Assembly (NCBI GenBank): GCA_977018835.1
Contig: OZ361260.1
Coordinates: forward strand, 1 to 64,000
DNA length: 64,000 nucleotides
Origin: Minutocellus sp. GHC0000111
Lineage: Eukaryota
Direction: 5' to 3'
This document shows positions 59,624 through 64,000 of the stretch, piece by piece. A program made the translations under genes and the position numbers. How positions within the stretch are numbered: position 1 is the stretch's first letter; each line of letters starts with the position of its first letter. Below the pieces are notes generated by a model that did not search any database, had not been told where the DNA came from, and saw only the letters and a list, made by a program, of their open reading frames with translations.

Positions 59624-61766
59624 TCAAAGAGAAGCCGATGAGGTCCCTGATCGGAGGGATAGCAGACCCTTTGAGGCTTCGTCACTAAGATCAGCGGATC
59701 TATCTTTGGCACCGAGATTCTTGGACACTTTGGGAACTTTTCTTGCCTTCTTCGTCTTCTTGACTTGACTTGATCTCTTAGAAGCTTTGGACCTTGGTGT
59801 CTTGGCCTTGGTCTTGTTGGGGGGAGATCGCCTGGCCGAAACTGTTGCGCCTGTACCGGTACTTGATGTCGAGAGAGAGGACCGGACGCTGCTGTTGGTC
59901 GAAGACGACGCCGACGACTCCGAAAGGATGGCAGCGGCTTGGTGAGGACGCGCTTCCTGTTCCCTCCTGAGCGTCTGCACCTCCCTTTGAAGCAGCGTGT
60001 TCTGCTGGACGAGCAGCTGGACGATATACCCTGTTCGCGATGACGAGAACGAGGATGCCGAAGAGCTTTGTGGAACGTTTCCCTGTACCGTAGAATTGTT
60101 GCCATTGGTCCAGCCTAGCTGCTGCCGAAGCAACTGCTGCAGCAGCTGTTCCTTTTGATTTTGCTGCTGCTGCTGTTGCTGGAGGTTATGATGCTGAACA
60201 AATTTAATGGCGGGATTTTGGAGCGGGCCCGAGGCAGAGAACGACAATAACGGCAACGCTGGGGCGGTGGGATTCTGACGATGGGAGTTCACGTACATGT
60301 ATTGCTGCAGCTGCAGCTGTTGTACCGCGTTCGGGTGGTATGGATGACAATGGGTCGGTGGGCTTGTTGCAGGGCCGATGAAACCGCCGCTGCTGCTCCC
60401 CAGAGAGACGATTGTCGTTGTCGAGGAGTGCGGTACGTGCAGACCCAACCTCGGCTGCTGCTGCTGCTGACCTTGGTTCGTTGCAGTATTGGACGCAGCA
60501 GACCCAAGGAGCTGCTGCTGGCTCCGTAGCAGTTCACGGATGAGCTGCATTTGACGAGACTCGTCGACGGCGGGAGGCTCCTTCCTCTTCTTGTCATTGC
60601 ACGAAGTGTCCTCCTCGATCACCTCGATGTCGTCCGTTTCTTCTGCTGGTGGCTGTGATGAAGATGACGATGATGGCGATGATGACAACGACGACAAGTT
60701 GGCCTTCTTGTCCGTCTCCATCAGGCCACGCTCGTACTCGGCCATCTCTCGCTTGTACCGCTCGGCATCCTTCTCAGCCAGGCGCTGGTACTTGTCGAGG
60801 CCATCGACGCCGATGTCCCTCCAGCGCTTGGATATCTCCTTGCCCATGTCTCGGAACGATGACAGATGTTCGACGAGGGAAGCCGAGAGGGTTGGCTCCT
60901 CCTTTGTTGCTTTCGCTGCTGCCGTTGTTGCCGCCGTCGCTATCTCGCTATTTGACATTCTCGATGATGGCGAAGGTGATCCTGAAGACGACGACGGCGA
61001 GAACGACGGAGGTCCGTCAAATGTGCCGGAAGATGATGATCCACTGGATGAAACGCGGTGGACGAAGAGGCGGCAGCGCTTACTGCTGTCGCTGTTGTTG
61101 TCGCTGCTCTCCTGCTGCTGTCCCTCTTCGTGCTGCTGTTTTTGTTGCAGCCGTATCATCCGCTGCTCGAGGATCCGCTCGCGTTCGTCCCGGTAGAAGA
61201 TGTTGTAGGCAGTCTGGGGAGAGTATGCAAAAAATGTGTGTTGTAGTGTTGGAAAAATAATGAATTGAACGTGAGTCAACAGTCAGTTGAAAGAAACATG
61301 ATCGTGTTAGTTAGGTAAGCAAGTAGATACGAACAGGAAGAAAAAATGATCGCGAATGTATGAAGTACATCAAATCCAACTCCCGCACCACGAACAAAAC
61401 ATGAAAAAGGCGGGCATTTCGTGGCAAGGTGGTTGGGCCCGTGATCGAGCGTGGCAAAAGTTCGAGAGGGACCGCACTCGAACAAAATACAGGAAGAGAT
61501 GGAGAGAAAAGACACGCATCACACGAGCTGATCAAGGGCAAGCCGGAAGCAGGAATGCACACCGAAAATACCCTCTGAAATACCTCGGGCTCTTCCATAT
61601 TCAAAAAGGAACAGCATCAGCATACCAAGCAAGCACAAGAAACGAAAAACCGGCATGAGATGGAACGCACCATTGGCCGCTTCGGCGGCTTCTTCCCTCC
61701 CCTCGGCGTCTTCTTCTTCTCGATCTCCGATGCGGTTACAGACGGTGACGATGATAATGACGACAT
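59624..61766 (-). CDS. Split HMG-box transcription factor, paralogue 2; intron 61214-61670
   Basis: Splicing gives PPKRPM|TAYNIFYRDERERIL, a Ser-rich insert, then SFRDMGKEISKRWRDI...YQRLAEKDAERYKREM. Poly-Q tail; frame intact. Confidence 0.9.
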
Positions 61767-62582
61767 TCTATGTTGTTCGCTGGCAATGGCTGGCGTGATT
61801 CAAATGGTTGGTGCTTTTGGAACGATGGTTGGGTGGTAAGGTGGTCTGTGATTTTATTTCTTATGGCCGGTATTAGTACGCGTTCGTTCGTTCCATGAAA
61901 AAAAATGCAGAACAGAAAAAAATGCAGAACGCAAGAGAACGTGTGAAAAAAAGAGGCAGAGATTGAACTGCGAGAGCGATAATCTTTCCTCTATGATCGA
62001 ATGACGACCATAAAGAAGCATGTTCTGACACACGCACTAAACAGCACACGACTTCAACAGTTTTGCACCCAGGGTTCAATGACGTGAGTTCGGCCTGTTA
62101 TGACGCGGAGAAATTGTGCTCCACAAAAGGCTACGCACGTTGATGCGTCATGGAGAGCTGGCAGTCCAGAAAATCGTCCCGTGACGCATAAATACGTCAT
62201 TAATTCGATTTCTTCGCTTCATTCGCACCGTTTGCGTACGTAAAGATGGTGCTCTTCGCCGAGGCCGTCGCTTAGCTGGTGCGTCCCAATCTGCACCAGA
62301 GATGATGCACACAAGAGGGACCTTGACCTTGGTCCTTCTTGCATCGGCATCTTCACGGCAGTTGGGCCACGTTTGTTCCATCAGCAGTCGATTGTCGCCA
62401 TCACCGCATCTCGTCATTTCAGCGTCATCATCATTCTTGCCAAAAAGCCACTCATCAGTCATGCTACGCTGGCCTCTTCTCGCCCACATCTTGTGCTGAC
62501 TTTTGCCCTCCGCCAGATACTGCCGGCCGCAGTGGCGTGTATCATTGTGAGAGGAGTACCACGGATACCAAACATCAATACC

Positions 62583-64000
62583 ATGAAAGACACCAATAGT
62601 ATCAGCGAGGGAAATGCTGCCGCTGATGGAGATTCGAATGGTCAGAATCATCGACCGACACCACAGGCCGAAACGGCCACGGCCGGGAACGAGCACGACG
62701 GTACCGGCAGAGAGGCAAATAATGGTGACGAACAAGCCGCAGCAACCGCAGCAGAAGAACTACAGCAACAAGCAAATGATTCAAATAAGACGGCACCGGC
62801 CGGGTCATCCATGCCGGTGCAAACGCCATCCGAGCGGCTGCTGATCAAAATGTCGGTCCACAACAGCAACGTTGCAGTCGGACAAGGTCAATTGGTTGAG
62901 CAATTGTCCGTCGAGGATCGGCTACCGCCACCGACGACGTCTGGAACTGGTCTTGGCGCAAGTATTGATTCTCTGGAGAAGGCGGAAAGTGACAAGCAAA
63001 GTTCAGGCAAGAAGGTCTCTGTGGATGAAAATGATGTCTACGACGACAAGGTTTGGTATGCATTAGGCATCACCGTGGCGCAACGGCTCGTTCATCTCAA
63101 GAAGTTGACTCGAATATCTAATGATGACGATAAAGTTGGCAGCAAAACTACGAATGAGGAATGGGATCAGGTTGTGTCGGGCATCGTAGATACGTTGCGT
63201 ATCAGCAGTATCGACGCGGAAGAGAAGCAATTGGAACTCATGGAGATATATCAAGATGATATTCAGCAACTGGTTGAAACAAGAATGAAGCGGCAGCAGC
63301 AAGGCTCTTCCTCGGCGATGGCAGAAGCAAATGAGACGCCGCTTCATCCATCTGACTCATCGTTCGGGGTGTTTGGCTCGGCAATATCGACCGTTTCTTC
63401 TTTGCGGTCGGTTGAAGAGGAGAAAACACGTGATAAAAGCAAAAATGAGAAGGCGCTCGATGGAAAATTGAGGAGAGAAGCATATGTTACCGGCGCAACG
63501 GCTGACGACGGGGAGATTAAAAGGGCCGAGAAAGCGAGAATTGCTTCGGAGGGGACTCTCCGTTCCAACCTTAATGACGCCGGGAGAACCGCCAGCGACG
63601 ATATCCTCCGCCTCGTGCTATATCCTGACTCCACCGACCCAGCAGTCACAGCGGATAGGCCCAATTCGCCATTGACCAGAGATGCAAGCAACGCAACCAA
63701 TAATACCGCGTCTACGGGCACCCCGGGAGCCTTTCGTGTTCGGTCAATGGCGCATGGACCGAGCACAATCGAACGAGCTACCGCCGGGGATAGTGCAAGC
63801 CGCGAACATAGCTATTCCTATACCAACCGAAGCAGTTTAGCAGAGAGTTTCGTCAAGGGTCAAGATATCTGTGTCGAGGCGGTGGCATGTCATGACGGGA
63901 ACGATATCGAAGAACAGCAAGTGGTCGTGATCGCCAAGGAAGTAACCATTTGGTCACAGCTACGACAGCCCAAAATCTTGGCCGTCATTGGATGTTTGAT
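62583..64000 (+). CDS. FKBP_N-like / TM / LRR receptor-like protein, copy 2 (open frame, runs off the window)
   Basis: Matches the gene at 15947 but lacks the 2-nt insertion, so the two ORFs of copy 1 read as one frame. Confidence 0.85.
   Translation, partial: MKDTNSISEGNAAADGDSNGQNHRPTPQAETATAGNEHDGTGREANNGDEQAAATAAEELQQQANDSNKTAPAGSSMPVQTPSERLLIKMSVHNSNVAVGQGQLVEQLSVEDRLPPPTTSGTGLGASIDSLEKAESDKQSSGKKVSVDENDVYDDKVWYALGITVAQRLVHLKKLTRISNDDDKVGSKTTNEEWDQVVSGIVDTLRISSIDAEEKQLELMEIYQDDIQQLVETRMKRQQQGSSSAMAEANETPLHPSDSSFGVFGSAISTVSSLRSVEEEKTRDKSKNEKALDGKLRREAYVTGATADDGEIKRAEKARIASEGTLRSNLNDAGRTASDDILRLVLYPDSTDPAVTADRPNSPLTRDASNATNNTASTGTPGAFRVRSMAHGPSTIERATAGDSASREHSYSYTNRSSLAESFVKGQDICVEAVACHDGNDIEEQQVVVIAKEVTIWSQLRQPKILAVIGCL

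Noticed and set aside
1..64000. tRNA or rRNA genes, prophage, bacterial operon or defence system
   Set aside because: No cloverleaf or rRNA sequence was recognised by eye. Spliceosomal introns and gene content show a eukaryotic nuclear locus.

Overview
This is eukaryotic nuclear DNA, almost certainly from a diatom. The evidence is short GT-AG introns, bipartite plastid presequences, an AdoMetDC-aminopropyltransferase-SET fusion and split HMG boxes. The window has one 200-N gap (31770-31969) and about 30 genes, interspersed with remnants of a Tc1/mariner-type transposase, a non-LTR retroelement tail and other transposons. Recognisable genes are a Cache-domain class C GPCR, the three-exon long-chain-polyamine fusion enzyme, TruA, two CRAL-TRIO proteins, an FKBP_N-TM-LRR receptor-like gene (present twice, 46.6 kb apart), an HD-type protein, a SAM methyltransferase, an INSIG-like/DnaJ zinc-finger protein, a GPI-type Ly6/uPAR three-finger-like protein, calreticulin, RPL23, Trm5, a bestrophin, a PWI protein, a GH78-like glycosidase, a GT77-like transferase and two tandem HMG-box paralogues. 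Two box C/D snoRNA candidates are not in the ORF track: a U14 homologue just behind Trm5 and an LSU guide inside the calreticulin intron. Both use the same variant C box (AUGAUUU). About a third of the genes carry frameshifts or nonsense codons, which means either regional decay or consensus error. All family calls come from motif recognition by eye; no database searches were run.
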